A stretch of 64,000 nucleotides of DNA from Akkermansiaceae bacterium (GTDB lineage: Bacteria; Verrucomicrobiota; Verrucomicrobiia; Verrucomicrobiales; Akkermansiaceae), in NCBI GenBank assembly GCA_049889715.1, contig JBMHCW010000062.1, forward strand, positions 6,858 to 70,857, read 5' to 3'. The notes below the pieces were generated by a model, which was not told where the DNA came from, made no database searches, and was given only the letters and a program-made list of their open reading frames with translations. Positions 1 to 10,287 of this stretch are shown in pieces (the stretch's first letter is position 1; every line of letters begins with the position of its first letter). The position numbers and the translations under genes are program-made.

Positions 1-1855
1 GGTAAAAGTCATTCTTCACCATCGGGAGCAGGACGTATTGGAGTGGATCCCAACCGGTTAGTTGAACGCCTTCCCGATTGAGAGTACGGACATGGTCGAA
101 GGCCTCTTCGGTCACCTTGTCGGTGAGCCGGACCCGTCCCGAAAAGAAGCCGTCGGGTTGATAGAAGACCCGGGCCATATCATCCAATTCCGGAGGTCCC
201 TTGGCAAACTCCTCCAAAACCAGCTTGGCGAGGGTTCTTCCCTGTTCGGTGAAGCCCTGCTCCTCCATCACGGTCAGGATTTCCTCCGAGCGTTCGGCCA
301 CCTTTTCCCATGGTTCGCGATTCAATTTCCGGGCCTCTGGATTTGGCAGCAATTCGAGAGGAAGCTCGGAGCTGGCGAGGAATCCTTCCTCGATCATTTT
401 CTCGGCATCCTGGCGGGTGACTTCGAGTCGCTCGCGGATTTCTTCTGGCGAGTCGCCAACCACGAGAACGCTGACGTTCTTTTTGGACCAGGCATTGAAG
501 AGTTCCTGAATGGATTGAAGGGTTTCGGCGGCCTCGCTGGTTTCGGGTTCGATCATGCCAAGATCGAAATTGATTTTTGGAAGCCCCTTGATGGTGAACA
601 CGCCGAGGGAGGCCGCCACCACGAAGGCCAGAAGACCACGGGCGGCCCGGGCCTTCAGGAAGGGAGGGCGGATGAGGGACTTCGATTGCTTCTGGGGAAA
701 CTTCGCGGTGGCCCAGGGCATGATCCAGAGGCAGACGATAGCTCCGACACAGAGACCGATGGCAATGATGCTGCCCAGTTGGGCGACACCCCGGAAGGTG
801 CTGAAGGTCAGCACTGCGAAGACAGCCGTGGTGGTCAGAGCAGCCCAAAGAATGCTGGGTGCGAGATGACGTCGGGTCGAGGCAGCCGATTCACCGGCTT
901 TTGATTCTCTCGCAATGACCACTCCATAGTCGATGACGAGCCCGAGGAGGATGGCCGCGAATCCCACGCTGACCAGATTCAAGGTGCCGTAGAGCCAACC
1001 GGCGATACCCATCGTGATGAGAAAGACCAGTCCCATGATGGCCGCGAGAAAAACAAGGTGGATGGGATTTCGCTGGATCAGAAGAAAGAGAAGCCCGACC
1101 AGCACCGAGGTGATGGTGACCGTGCCGCCCATGTCTTTCTCCATTCCTTTGCCCAGCTCGGCACTGAAGACGGGGCCCCCTGTCAATCGATAGGAAAAGC
1201 CCTCTTCGATCCATGAGTCCATGGCGCCACGGACTTTCTCCACCCACGCCGCGTGGACGCGGTAGTCGGGGACCAGCTCGGGATTGCCGATGGTGATCAG
1301 CCAGTATTTGCCATCGTCACTCTGGAAACTGAAATCGTTCCCCTGGAGATTGAGCACGGCGGGATGATTGAGGAATCCAAGGGGGTCATAGGCGGTCTTG
1401 GTCGACTCCTGTTGATCGATCGAAAGTTCAATCGTGCTCTTGGATTCCTTGAGGAGCGTTTCGAGAGATTCGCGGGAGGCGAGCTTTTCGCTGAAGCGTT
1501 TTACTTCCTCCGGGTCGGCATCCATCCAGAGCCGGGCGAGGCTTTCGGCGACGGCCTCAGGGGCTTCCTCGGGACCGGATCGGGCTTCCACCCGTGCCAT
1601 CGGGAGGGCCTTGCCCAGATGCTCGGCGAGGTCGGTGACGTCCTCCTCGAAGATTTCCTCCTCGTGCTTGAGAAGAAGGATGACCTGTTCGCTGTCGTCG
1701 AAGTGGGTGCGGAGGGCCTGTAGGGCCTCGACTTCGGGCACGCCGGTGGGCATGACGCCGAGAATATCGGTAATGAAGGTCAGCCGCAGGAGCCCCGGAA
1801 GGGAGAAGGCGATGAGGAGGAGGAGAATGAGCCCTGTTCGAAGTCGCTTTGGCAC
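1..1855 (-). CDS. MMPL/RND-superfamily membrane transporter (3' end runs off the window)
   Basis: Not in the ORF track because it has no stop in the window. My minus-strand translation from GTG 1855 reads VPKRLRTGLILLLLIAFSLPGLL...GGPVFSAELGKGMEKDMGGTVTITSVLVGLLFLLIQRNPIHLVFLAAIMGLVFLITMGIAGW...VSVGFAAILLGLVIDYGVVIA. This is the periplasmic loop plus TM bundle typical of MMPL/HpnN-type exporters. The + strand ORFs 62..904, 201..509 and 555..869 are its antisense shadows. Confidence 0.8.
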   Translation of the reverse strand, partial: MPKRLRTGLILLLLIAFSLPGLLRLTFITDILGVMPTGVPEVEALQALRTHFDDSEQVILLLKHEEEIFEEDVTDLAEHLGKALPMARVEARSGPEEAPEAVAESLARLWMDADPEEVKRFSEKLASRESLETLLKESKSTIELSIDQQESTKTAYDPLGFLNHPAVLNLQGNDFSFQSDDGKYWLITIGNPELVPDYRVHAAWVEKVRGAMDSWIEEGFSYRLTGGPVFSAELGKGMEKDMGGTVTITSVLVGLLFLLIQRNPIHLVFLAAIMGLVFLITMGIAGWLYGTLNLVSVGFAAILLGLVIDYGVVIARESKAGESAASTRRHLAPSILWAALTTTAVFAVLTFSTFRGVAQLGSIIAIGLCVGAIVCLWIMPWATAKFPQKQSKSLIRPPFLKARAARGLLAFVVAASLGVFTIKGLPKINFDLGMIEPETSEAAETLQSIQELFNAWSKKNVSVLVVGDSPEEIRERLEVTRQDAEKMIEEGFLASSELPLELLPNPEARKLNREPWEKVAERSEEILTVMEEQGFTEQGRTLAKLVLEEFAKGPPELDDMARVFYQPDGFFSGRVRLTDKVTEEAFDHVRTLNREGVQLTGWDPLQYVLLPMVKNDFY

Positions 1856-1952
1856 GCGGAGAGATGTAGGCAGGAAATCAAGACTCCGAAAGAGAGAAGA
1901 TCGCCTTCTGATTTTTATTGGAGGATTGGAAAGCGGGGTTAGGGTTCCCGCC

Positions 1953-2594
1953 GTGAAATTGCCTTTCCTGCTTGTCGCCGCCTTTCTGGTTCTCCAGCCG
2001 GTTTTCGCCCAAAATGTCGAGCCCCTGAAGCAGGTTCTGGCCAAGCAGAAGGAGCTGCGATCGGTGAAAGTGAAATTCCGTCAGACCAAGGAGGCTCCTG
2101 CCCTTGCCGATCCCATCAAAACGATGGGCCAACTCTGGCTGGTGCCCGGAAAGGCCTTTCGCTGGGAGTTGGGGACCCCAAAGAAGAAAACGGTGGTTTT
2201 CAACGGCCAGAAGGTATTTGTGATGGATGAGGTCAACAAGACCGGTGAGAAGCTCGATCCCGATGACCGCAAGATCAAACCTCTCCTGCTCACTCTCGGG
2301 ATCGGGAAGGAAGCCAGTTACGAAGGGCTGAACAAGATGTTCACCATCACGTCGACCAACCAGGATGCCGAACGTTACTTGGCGGTAATGGTTCCGAAGT
2401 CGCGACGGATCCGCAATGCCATCAAGTCGATGCTGATGCAGGTCAATCTTTCCACCTCGTTTCCCGAGCGGATCGGATGGACCCAGAAGGACGGGACCAA
2501 GTCGATGACCGAATTTTTTAAGCCCACCTTGAATGGCCCGATGGAGGCCTCTCTCTTCCAAGTCAACGAAGCGGGCTATCAATGGAAAAGGTAA
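1953..2594 (+). CDS. LolA-like outer-membrane lipoprotein carrier fold protein, secreted
   Basis: GTG 1953 gives VKLPFLLVAAFLVLQPVFAQ (signal peptide). It is followed by VKVKFRQTK...MGQLWLVPGKAFRWELGTPKKKTVVFNGQKVFVMD, the LolA-family core pattern. The track ORF 1434..2594 has an R/S-rich N-terminal extension that is antisense to the MMPL gene. Confidence 0.7.
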   Translation: MKLPFLLVAAFLVLQPVFAQNVEPLKQVLAKQKELRSVKVKFRQTKEAPALADPIKTMGQLWLVPGKAFRWELGTPKKKTVVFNGQKVFVMDEVNKTGEKLDPDDRKIKPLLLTLGIGKEASYEGLNKMFTITSTNQDAERYLAVMVPKSRRIRNAIKSMLMQVNLSTSFPERIGWTQKDGTKSMTEFFKPTLNGPMEASLFQVNEAGYQWKR

Positions 2595-2608
2595 CTCCGT
2601 GACGCGGA

Positions 2609-3547
2609 GTGATATCATCTTGTCCTCGTTTTCTCGCAGGAAAGATGTTAGGGTGGGGGATGCCCAAGATGTTTGTCTCCCGCTTGATCAGGATCGATGC
2701 TCCCGTGGAGCAGGTCTACGCGGAGGTCCGGAATTTTGAGACCTGGCCCAAGTGGTCGCCTTGGTTGATTGCCGATCCGGGTTGCAAACTCGACATCCAG
2801 AAAGACCGGTATTCATGGGCCGGCGCAGTTTGCGGAGCCGGAGGCATGGCGGTGCATGAGGAGGATCAAGGGAAGTCCATCGATTACGATCTCGTCTTCG
2901 AAAAGCCGATGCGTTCGAGAGCCAAGGTCAGAATGACCTTTGCCGGGAAGGACGGAGCCACCGAGGTGACCTGGACCATGGATTCCAAGCTGCCGTTCTT
3001 TCTCTTCTTTCTTCGGAAGATGATGGAGGGTTTCATCGGGATGGATTACGAGCGCGGGCTGCTGATGTTGAAGTCATTGGTCGAAGAAGGCGTGGTTCCC
3101 TCCCGTCTCGAGTTTCCCGGGAAGGAGATCGTGCCGGAGTTTCATGGTGTCGGGATCCGGATGACCTTCCCGATGGACATCATGCCCGAGACCATGTCCA
3201 ACAATATGGAACGGATTCAGAAGGATGTCCCCGAGGGCCTCGGCTTCAGCGTCTACTACAAGTGGGACGTGGTGAAAAAAGAGGTGACTTATTTCATCGG
3301 GATGATGGTCGATGAAATCCCTGCAGACCTTCCCGATGACCTCGAACCCATCACCATGCCTTCGCGGGAGGTCTACGTGGTGAGGCATACCGGCCATTAC
3401 CGTCATCTCGGAAACGCCTGGGGCGCAGGCATGATGCATGGGCGCTCAAAGCAATTCAAACACTCGCGCAAGCTTCCACCCTTCGAGATCTACGAAAAAC
3501 ACGATCCTGAAAATGCCGAGGTTAAGATTTGCCTGCCGGTGGGGTGA
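2609..3547 (+). CDS. SRPBCC (START/polyketide-cyclase-like) domain fused to a GyrI-like small-molecule-binding domain
   Basis: The N-terminal half (FVSRLIRIDAPVEQVYAEVRNFETWPKWSPW) looks SRPBCC. The C-terminal half (...EVYVVRHTGHYRHLGNAWGAGMMHGRSK...PPFEIYEKHDPENAEVKICLPV) looks GyrI-like. The start is uncertain (GTG 2609, ATG 2645 or ATG 2660). Confidence 0.65.
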   Translation: MISSCPRFLAGKMLGWGMPKMFVSRLIRIDAPVEQVYAEVRNFETWPKWSPWLIADPGCKLDIQKDRYSWAGAVCGAGGMAVHEEDQGKSIDYDLVFEKPMRSRAKVRMTFAGKDGATEVTWTMDSKLPFFLFFLRKMMEGFIGMDYERGLLMLKSLVEEGVVPSRLEFPGKEIVPEFHGVGIRMTFPMDIMPETMSNNMERIQKDVPEGLGFSVYYKWDVVKKEVTYFIGMMVDEIPADLPDDLEPITMPSREVYVVRHTGHYRHLGNAWGAGMMHGRSKQFKHSRKLPPFEIYEKHDPENAEVKICLPVG

Positions 3548-3564
3548 GCGGGCATTCTCCCGTC

Positions 3565-4575
3565 ATGAAAGTCCTCGAGCTCACTGCTCCCTCCCAGTTC
3601 GCTGTCTCCGAAAAGCCCAAGCCTCAGCCCCAGGCCGATGAGGTTCTCATCAGGGTCTCCTGCTGCGGAATCTGCGGCAGCGATGTCCACGGCATGGATA
3701 ATAGTAGTGGCCGACGGATTCCGCCCATGATCATGGGACACGAGGCGAGTGGCGTGATCGAAGAATTGGGCTCCGAGGTATCCGGTTGGTCGGTCGGAGA
3801 TCGTGTGTCTTTCGACTCAATGGTCTATTGTGGGGAGTGCGAGTTCTGCCAGCGTGGGGAGACCAATTTGTGCGAGGAGCGTCAGGTCATTGGCGTGTCG
3901 TGTGAGGAATTCCAACGGGATGGTGCCTTTGCCGAGTGGGTTGTGATACCGGCTCGTATCCTTGAGAAGATGCCCGAAGGACTGTCTTTCGAGGAAGCTG
4001 CTTTCACTGAACCCCTCGCGGTGGCCTTGCACGCTGTCAATCTGGTCAAGGTCCAGCCGGGGGAACGGGCCACCGTGGTTGGTTCCGGACTGATCGGCTT
4101 GTTGGTCATACAGGCTCTCAAGAGGGCCGGCTGTTCCGAAGTGGTGGCGATTGACACCGATCAACGACGTCTCGATCTCGCGCTCGAGCTGGGCGCGACC
4201 GGCGCCTTCCTGCCCGACGGTGATTGTGGGGCTGAATTCGACATTGCGATGGAAGTGGTGGGTGCTGCTCCCACTCTGGAGAAGGCGGTGAAGGCCGTTC
4301 GCAAGGGAGGTCGGGTTGGTTTGGTGGGGAATGTCGTGGCCGAAGTTCCCTTGGCGTTGCAGTGGGTCGTGACGCGCGAAATTTCCCTCATCGGGTCCTG
4401 CGCGGCTGCCGGGGAATGCACCGAAGCGCTCGATGCAATCGCCGCCGGAGAAATTCAGGTCAAGCCGTTGATCTCGGCTGTGGTCCCGCTCGAGGAAGGC
4501 GCGGATTATTTCCGTCGATCCCGCGAGGGCAAAGAGGGCTTGCTCAAAGTGCTCCTCAAGCCTTCGCAGGGCTAG
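3565..4575 (+). CDS. Zn-dependent medium-chain alcohol/polyol dehydrogenase (MDR family)
   Basis: MKVLEL...VLIRVSCCGICGSDVHG...GHEASGVIEELG...CGECEFCQRGETNLC...VVGSGLIGLLVIQ. This covers the catalytic and structural Zn ligands and the GxGxxG Rossmann motif. ATG 3565 chosen. Confidence 0.85.
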   Translation: MKVLELTAPSQFAVSEKPKPQPQADEVLIRVSCCGICGSDVHGMDNSSGRRIPPMIMGHEASGVIEELGSEVSGWSVGDRVSFDSMVYCGECEFCQRGETNLCEERQVIGVSCEEFQRDGAFAEWVVIPARILEKMPEGLSFEEAAFTEPLAVALHAVNLVKVQPGERATVVGSGLIGLLVIQALKRAGCSEVVAIDTDQRRLDLALELGATGAFLPDGDCGAEFDIAMEVVGAAPTLEKAVKAVRKGGRVGLVGNVVAEVPLALQWVVTREISLIGSCAAAGECTEALDAIAAGEIQVKPLISAVVPLEEGADYFRRSREGKEGLLKVLLKPSQG

Positions 4576-5123
4576 TTTGCCATCACCTCGTCCGGGGCGT
4601 TGGCGAGGATGCGGTGGAAGGGGGAGATGGCGACCATCAGCTCCTTCCACAGGAAAATATCGTGGGGAAAGCCCAGTAGGCTGGGTTCGGGAGGAACGAC
4701 GGTCCACGATTCCTGGTCGAGCTCGTTTTCCAGCTGGTCCTTGGACCATCCGGAGTAGCCGATGAAGGCCCGAACGACCGTTCCCGGACGGTCGACATGC
4801 GCCATCGCCTCTTCGGCGGAAATACGGACGGCAAAATCAAAGGAGCCGTCTTTCTCCATCAAGGCGGCAAATGTCAGGTGCTCTCGGGAGACCGGACCGC
4901 CGAAATGGACTGCGACGTCTGCCAGCGATGAGAATTTAGGGTCCTTGAGGAGATCGCCCACGTTCTGACCGGTCGGTTGGTTCAAGACCAGCCCGAAGGC
5001 CCCGTCTTCGACCGAATGCTCGGCGAGGAGGATGACCGACTTGTTGAAAGTCCCGTCCCGGAGGGTGGGATCAGCCAAAAGGAGCTTGCCCTTGAGCTCG
5101 GGCAGGGGGGGGTGGGGATTCAC
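4572..5123 (-). CDS. YqgE/AlgH family protein (UPF0301)
   Basis: LLLADPTLRDGTFNKSVILLAEHSVEDGAFGLVLNQP...VHFGGPV...GYSGWSKDQLENEL..SW is the family signature. It is convergent with the dehydrogenase and their stops overlap (CTAG). Confidence 0.85.
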   Translation of the reverse strand: MNPHPPLPELKGKLLLADPTLRDGTFNKSVILLAEHSVEDGAFGLVLNQPTGQNVGDLLKDPKFSSLADVAVHFGGPVSREHLTFAALMEKDGSFDFAVRISAEEAMAHVDRPGTVVRAFIGYSGWSKDQLENELDQESWTVVPPEPSLLGFPHDIFLWKELMVAISPFHRILANAPDEVMAN

Positions 5124-5277
5124 CCCGTCAGCATCGGGGCATAACTCGCTATGGTCAAGGAACCATCAGAAATGATGAATTTGACTCATGATTTCCAACG
5201 AAACCCCGGGGGAAAGGGGGATTCAGGTTGTATTACGGCTTGATTGAAGTCCGCGAGTTTAGTCTGTTTCGCGTCCC

Positions 5278-7260
5278 ATGAATACAGAAGCTCTCACCCG
5301 GGCCGCCACCGAGGCCCGCGGACTTGCCATCGATGCCGTTCACGCTTGCTCCTCCGGTCACCTCGGACTTCCTCTCGGTTGCGCCGAAATCGGGGCTGTT
5401 CTCTTCGGTGAAGGCCTCAATTTCAACCCTTCCGCGCCCAAGTGGCTCAACCGGGACCGCTTCATCCTCTCTGCCGGACACGGCTCGATGTTCATCTACA
5501 GCTGGCTCCACCTCGCCGGATACAAGGTCAGCAACCAGGACGTCGCCGATTTCCGCAAGCTCCACTCGATCACTCCGGGCCACCCCGAATTCGATGAAAC
5601 CGAAGGAGTCGAAGCCACCACCGGTCCGCTTGGTCAGGGAGTTGGCAATGCCGTGGGATACGCTCTTTCCGGCAAGCGCGCTGCGGCCCGCTACAACACC
5701 GCCGAACACACCATTTTTGATCACCACGTGGTTGCCCTTGCCGGCGACGGCTGCCTCCAGGAAGGGGTGGCTCAGGAAGCGATCGCCTTTGCCGGGCACA
5801 ATGGCCTCGATAACCTCATCCTGATCTACGATTCAAACGATGTCACCCTCGACGCCATGGCCGAAGTGTCCCAGGGATGGGATACCGAGAAGTATTTCCA
5901 GTCCCTCAATTGGGATGCCGTCACCATCGATGGTCACGATCTCGCCGCGGTCCTTGAGGCAGTGACCAAGGCCAAGGCTGACGACAATGGAAAGCCCAAG
6001 GTTATCATTGCCAAGACCGAGATCGGACGAGGCATTCCCGAAGTGGCCGGAACGGCTGCCGGTCACGGAGAAGGAGGCGCCAAGTTTGCCGAGGCAGCCC
6101 GTGCCGGACTTGGACTTCCCGCCGACCAGCACTTTTACGTGTCCGATGAAACGAAGGCCTATTTTGCCGCCCAGACCGAAGCCAAAGTGGCCGCCTTCAA
6201 CGAATGGCAGTCCACTTACGACGCCTGGGCCGCTGCCAATTCCGAGCTGGCCAGCGAACTTCAGGACGGCGTGGCCAAGGCCGTGCCCACCAACCTTTCC
6301 GAGCAGATCCCGGCCTTCGCCGACGATTACGCCGACGCCACCCGCGGATCCGGCGGGGTGGTCATCAATGCCGTGGCCAAGGCCATGCCTCAGGTCATCA
6401 CCGGGTCCGCCGACCTTTACGGATCGACCAAGAATTACCTCAAGGAAGAAGGCGACTTCTCGGCCTCCGATGCTTCCGGCCGCAACATCTGGTTCGGAAT
6501 TCGCGAGCATGGCATGGGCGCGATCTGCAATGGCGTGGCTTACGACGGCCTCTTCCGCATCAGCGGAGCCACCTTCTGCGTCTTCGCCGATTACCTTCGT
6601 CCCTCGATCCGGATTGCCGGTCTCGCCAATCTGCCCGTGACTTACATCTTCACCCACGACTCGGTGGGTGTCGGTGAAGACGGCCCGACCCACCAGCCGG
6701 TCGAAACTGTTTCCGGACTGCGCGTCATTCCGAATCTCGATGTGATCCGTCCTGCCGATCAGGAGGAAGTTGCCGGTTCCTGGATTGCTTCCATGGAGCG
6801 CACCGACGGACCGACCGCGCTCATCTTCAGCCGCCAAAAGGTTCTCCCGCTCAACGACTACGCCTCCGTCGAGGCTCGTCGCGATGGAGTTTCCAAGGGA
6901 GCCTACATCCTCAAGAAGGAAGAAGGGGACCTCTGCTGCATCATCCTCGCCACCGGTTCCGAAGTGGAGCATGCCCTCAACGCCGCCAAGGAACTGGGCG
7001 CCGGATGTCGTGTGGTTTCCGCTCCTTGCCTCGAGCGCTTCGACCGCCAGTCCGCCGACTACAAGGAGGAGGTTCTTCCATCGTCCTGCACCAAGCGGGC
7101 CGCCATCGAAGCCGGAGTCAGCGGACTCTGGTATAAGTATGTCGGTCTCGAAGGCACTGTCATCGGCATCGACCGCTTCGGCATGTCCGCTCCGGGCAAT
7201 GTGGTCATGAACGAGCTTGGCATCAATGCCGAGAGCCTGACCAACGCCCTCAGCTGCTAA
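5278..7260 (+). CDS. tkt: Transketolase
   Basis: 660 aa with [18 protein letters not shown], the GPLGQG TPP-binding motif, and the pyrimidine-binding and C-terminal domains, all colinear with bacterial Tkt. Confidence 0.95.
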   Translation: MNTEALTRAATEARGLAIDAVHACSSGHLGLPLGCAEIGAVLFGEGLNFNPSAPKWLNRDRFILSAGHGSMFIYSWLHLAGYKVSNQDVADFRKLHSITPGHPEFDETEGVEATTGPLGQGVGNAVGYALSGKRAAARYNTAEHTIFDHHVVALAGDGCLQEGVAQEAIAFAGHNGLDNLILIYDSNDVTLDAMAEVSQGWDTEKYFQSLNWDAVTIDGHDLAAVLEAVTKAKADDNGKPKVIIAKTEIGRGIPEVAGTAAGHGEGGAKFAEAARAGLGLPADQHFYVSDETKAYFAAQTEAKVAAFNEWQSTYDAWAAANSELASELQDGVAKAVPTNLSEQIPAFADDYADATRGSGGVVINAVAKAMPQVITGSADLYGSTKNYLKEEGDFSASDASGRNIWFGIREHGMGAICNGVAYDGLFRISGATFCVFADYLRPSIRIAGLANLPVTYIFTHDSVGVGEDGPTHQPVETVSGLRVIPNLDVIRPADQEEVAGSWIASMERTDGPTALIFSRQKVLPLNDYASVEARRDGVSKGAYILKKEEGDLCCIILATGSEVEHALNAAKELGAGCRVVSAPCLERFDRQSADYKEEVLPSSCTKRAAIEAGVSGLWYKYVGLEGTVIGIDRFGMSAPGNVVMNELGINAESLTNALSC

Positions 7261-7277
7261 GCTGCAATCAATCAATG

Positions 7278-7318
7278 CAAAAGCGGCCTTCGGACTAATC
7301 CGAAGGCCGCTTTTGTTG
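7278..7318. terminator. Bidirectional intrinsic terminator between convergent tkt and sulfatase
   Basis: A perfect hairpin, AAAAGCGGCCTTCGG-actaa-CCGAAGGCCGCTTTT, flanked by A-run/T-run so it works on both strands. Confidence 0.7.
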
Positions 7319-7333
7319 AGACGAGGAGGGTGG

Positions 7334-8770
7334 CTATTTCTTCTTGCGCGCCCCTGGAAACCTCGGACCGCCGCCTCCGTACGGCTGGACATCGAAGTCG
7401 AAGGCCGGTCCTCCGTGGCGGGGGTCGCCTGCTTTGGTCAGCTCGGCTGTGAGCAGGGAGGCATACTTCCTGGTGACCTCCGGCTTCTTCGCGGCGAGGT
7501 TGACCAGTTGATCCGGATCCTTGCTCAGATCGTAAAGTTCTTCAGCGGGACGTTTGGCAAAGCAGAGGTCATAAGACTCCGGATACTTCTTCTTGTGATC
7601 GATGATGTAGGATTTGGTCGGTCCGTTATCGGTGTCCCCATACCAGGTGTTCTTGATCGCCGCCTTCTCCCAATTCGGGGTCCCGTTGGGCCAGCGGTCG
7701 ATGACGTAATTCCGGATGTAAAGATACTGGTGGTCGCGATACATTCGCGAAGGATAGCCACCCATGTCGGGCGCTTCCTGACTGGGGACATGACGTTCCT
7801 TGCCGGCGATGATGAACGGGCGGAGGGCCTCGTCGCCTCCGCCGGTCAAGGCGGGGAGGAGATTGCGTCCGGTCATGTCGGCGGGGACCTCAACACCAGC
7901 GGCAGCAAGAAAGGTCGGGGCAAGGTCGATGAGAGATGCGAAGTTTTTGAACTGTTGACCGCCTTTGATCTTTTGACCCCAACGAATGGCGAGGGGAACC
8001 TTGGTGCCGGCGTCGTAGAGGTTGGACTTGCAGCGGGGAAAGGGCATGCCGTGGTCGCCGGTGATCACGATGATGGTCTTGTCGAGCTCGCCGATCCTTT
8101 CGAGCTCGGCGATGGCTTTGGCGACATCGGAATCGAAACGCTGGACCTCAAAGTAGTAATCCGCGATGTCGCTGCGGACTTCTTCGGAATCGGGGAAGAA
8201 GCGGAAGGGTTTGATTTTTGAGAGGTCCATTCCCGAGGCCTTGCCCGATCCCTTCTTGTAGCCCCGATGGGGATCGGAGGCGCCGAGCCAGAAACAAAAT
8301 GGCGTGTTCTTGTCAGGACGGTCTTCGAGAAATTGGGAGAATCCTTTTCCGTAAATTTTGCCAGCGGGATGGTCTTCCAGGAACTTTCCCTCCAGCTTGC
8401 CGGGTCCGAAGGACTTCCGCCACGATCCGGTGTGGTAACCGGCCTTCTTCAAGAGGCGGGCGTAGGACTCCACTTCCTGCGGCAGTGTGCCGTAAAGACT
8501 GGCTCCGGCCTTCAAACGCCAGTGCCACTGCCCCGTCATCAGGGAGTTCCGGCAAGGCGTGCAGGACGGCGATGAGACATAGGCATTCCAGAAGAGCGCT
8601 CCTTCCTTCGCGATACGATCGAAGGCCGGCGTTTTCACGACTTCATCGTTGCCATAAATCGAGGCATGGGGCGCACCCCAGTCATCGGCGATACAGAAAA
8701 GAACATTGGGACGTTCCTCGGCTTGGACGGCTAATGATAGGAGAAACAGGGAAAGAAGGGACCTGAGCAT
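7334..8770 (-). CDS. Cys-type sulfatase (formylglycine-dependent), secreted
   Basis: MLRSLLSLFLLSLAVQAEE signal peptide, NVLFCIADDWG, and the sulfatase signature SCTPCRNSLMTG (C-x-P-x-R). The track ORF starts at 8827; ATG 8770 is preferred because it places the signal peptide at the N-terminus. Confidence 0.9.
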   Translation of the reverse strand: MLRSLLSLFLLSLAVQAEERPNVLFCIADDWGAPHASIYGNDEVVKTPAFDRIAKEGALFWNAYVSSPSCTPCRNSLMTGQWHWRLKAGASLYGTLPQEVESYARLLKKAGYHTGSWRKSFGPGKLEGKFLEDHPAGKIYGKGFSQFLEDRPDKNTPFCFWLGASDPHRGYKKGSGKASGMDLSKIKPFRFFPDSEEVRSDIADYYFEVQRFDSDVAKAIAELERIGELDKTIIVITGDHGMPFPRCKSNLYDAGTKVPLAIRWGQKIKGGQQFKNFASLIDLAPTFLAAAGVEVPADMTGRNLLPALTGGGDEALRPFIIAGKERHVPSQEAPDMGGYPSRMYRDHQYLYIRNYVIDRWPNGTPNWEKAAIKNTWYGDTDNGPTKSYIIDHKKKYPESYDLCFAKRPAEELYDLSKDPDQLVNLAAKKPEVTRKYASLLTAELTKAGDPRHGGPAFDFDVQPYGGGGPRFPGARKKK

Positions 8771-8921
8771 GCGGCGAGAATGTCTCGTAAGTCGGTCGAT
8801 GCAAAGTAATAGTCGTTTTTGGGTCATGGTTGAACTGTTTGCCGATTTAAGTTGACAGATTTGTCACATCATATTTGCTACGGATTCCCTCAGAGAAAAT
8901 TTGGGGGATAACCATAATATT

Positions 8922-9587
8922 ATGAAGAAAACCAAGTTAACATCTGCATTTGCCCTCGTTCTCGGAATGTCGGCTGCACACGGTGCGGTGATTTCCTGGG
9001 ATGCACCCATTGTCAACACGACGGCTGCTGATATTCTGACTACCGGAAGCCTTGTTGTCGCAGTGGACGCCGGAAGTTCTGATAATTCAGTCGTCAACGG
9101 TGTGACCTTCGTGCCAGGAGTCACCGGAACGACCCAGCTGGGAAGTGCCGCTGAAGGTACGTTCTGGACGACCGGCGGCGGTGTCAATACCACTGGAGAC
9201 GCCGGACTGGATGCATTGCTGGATAGTCACAGCTGGCAGGGTGGGACTCCATCGAATGGTTCGTTTGTCATTGAGGGACTGACCATTGGTCAGGCCTACG
9301 ACGTTCAAATCATTGCCGTGGGTGACACCCGGGGATGCTGTGCTGGAAGGACCCAGAACTTCGGAGGTGACGGCGGCAGCTTTAGTGCCGACCTGCTCCG
9401 ATCTGATCCGTCTTCGGTGACGGGAACCTTCGTCGCTGATGCGATCACCCAGACCATTGTGGTGAACGGATCGCAAGATGGTGGTATTTCCGGATATCAA
9501 GTGCGGACCTCCGCTATCCCCGAGCCAGGTTCGGCCATGCTGCTCCTTCTTGGAGTGGCCGGAGCAGGACTGCGCCGCCGTCGTTAA
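8922..9587 (+). CDS. PEP-CTERM sorting-signal protein, secreted
   Basis: MKKTKLTSAFALVLGMSAAHG signal peptide. The C-terminus IPEPGSAMLLLLGVAGAGLRRRR is the PEP motif + TM + Arg cluster. The N-terminal domain is not recognised. Confidence 0.8.
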   Translation: MKKTKLTSAFALVLGMSAAHGAVISWDAPIVNTTAADILTTGSLVVAVDAGSSDNSVVNGVTFVPGVTGTTQLGSAAEGTFWTTGGGVNTTGDAGLDALLDSHSWQGGTPSNGSFVIEGLTIGQAYDVQIIAVGDTRGCCAGRTQNFGGDGGSFSADLLRSDPSSVTGTFVADAITQTIVVNGSQDGGISGYQVRTSAIPEPGSAMLLLLGVAGAGLRRRR

Positions 9588-9612
9588 ACGGAGTGTAACC
9601 CGTCAAGTGAAT

Positions 9613-9647
9613 CAAACCGCGTTCTCTTTGGGAGGCGCGGTTTTTTC
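9613..9647 (+). terminator. Intrinsic terminator after the PEP-CTERM gene
   Basis: AAACCGCG-ttctctttgggagg-CGCGGTTTTTT. Confidence 0.55.
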
Positions 9648-9882
9648 GTGAATGCAAGAGGCGACAGTTCTTGGAAGCCATTGATTTGGTGGTTCGAGTT
9701 TTGATTCAATCCAAAACAGTTGGGATGTATCCATGTCGAAGACACCGAAGGACCAAGGGTGGAAGCATTCGGGGATTTCAGCAGCGATAGAGAGGGCTGT
9801 AGATTCTCCGGTTGTATCTGCTCTGAGCGGATTGGACAAGGAGCTGGGTGAGTAGAAGGTTGAATGGCGGTTCCTGTCTCGC

Positions 9883-10140
9883 TTGAACCGGGAGAGTTTG
9901 ACTCCGCGTCAGCCCATCGATAGTCTGAATGGCACCACGGCAGGAGTAGGGAAAGCAGCGATCAAGGGTAGCCTCGGATGCTTGGTGACATTTGGGATTC
10001 TGGCAGTCATCGCTGTCGTGGCCGGAGGACACGCCTATATGGATGCGGGAGGATTGCTTCTGCTTCTGGTCATCGGGGCTGTCATTGGTTTGATTGCGAA
10101 TTGGATCTACCAGAAAGGAAAGCGCGACGGGGAGTCGTGA
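9883..10140 (+). CDS. Hypothetical small membrane protein (2 predicted TM)
   Basis: Hydrophobic stretches LGCLVTFGILAVIAVVAGG and LLLLLVIGAVIGLIANWIY. TTG start, no homology recognised. Confidence 0.3.
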   Translation: MNRESLTPRQPIDSLNGTTAGVGKAAIKGSLGCLVTFGILAVIAVVAGGHAYMDAGGLLLLLVIGAVIGLIANWIYQKGKRDGES

Positions 10141-10287
10141 TCTCCACGCTTCTCGATGGGAGTTTGACTGCTGACTATCGAAAGTTCATATTACGTCGAT
10201 CGTGAATCGATCTGTCGCTTTGGGATGCCTAGCCCAGCGGAGTTTGCAGGTCGCCGAAATCCCATAATCCAACCCCTCAGAATTTCA

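Noticed and set aside
1434-1952. N-terminal extension of the LolA-like ORF, and the 1878..2618 minus ORF
   Set aside because: The extension is R/S-rich, lies antisense to the MMPL gene and precedes an obvious signal peptide at GTG 1953. The 246-aa minus ORF is antisense to the LolA-like gene.
5833-7392. 519-aa - strand ORF (also 5233..5799)
   Set aside because: It is antisense to transketolase and crosses the tkt terminator. There are no motifs.
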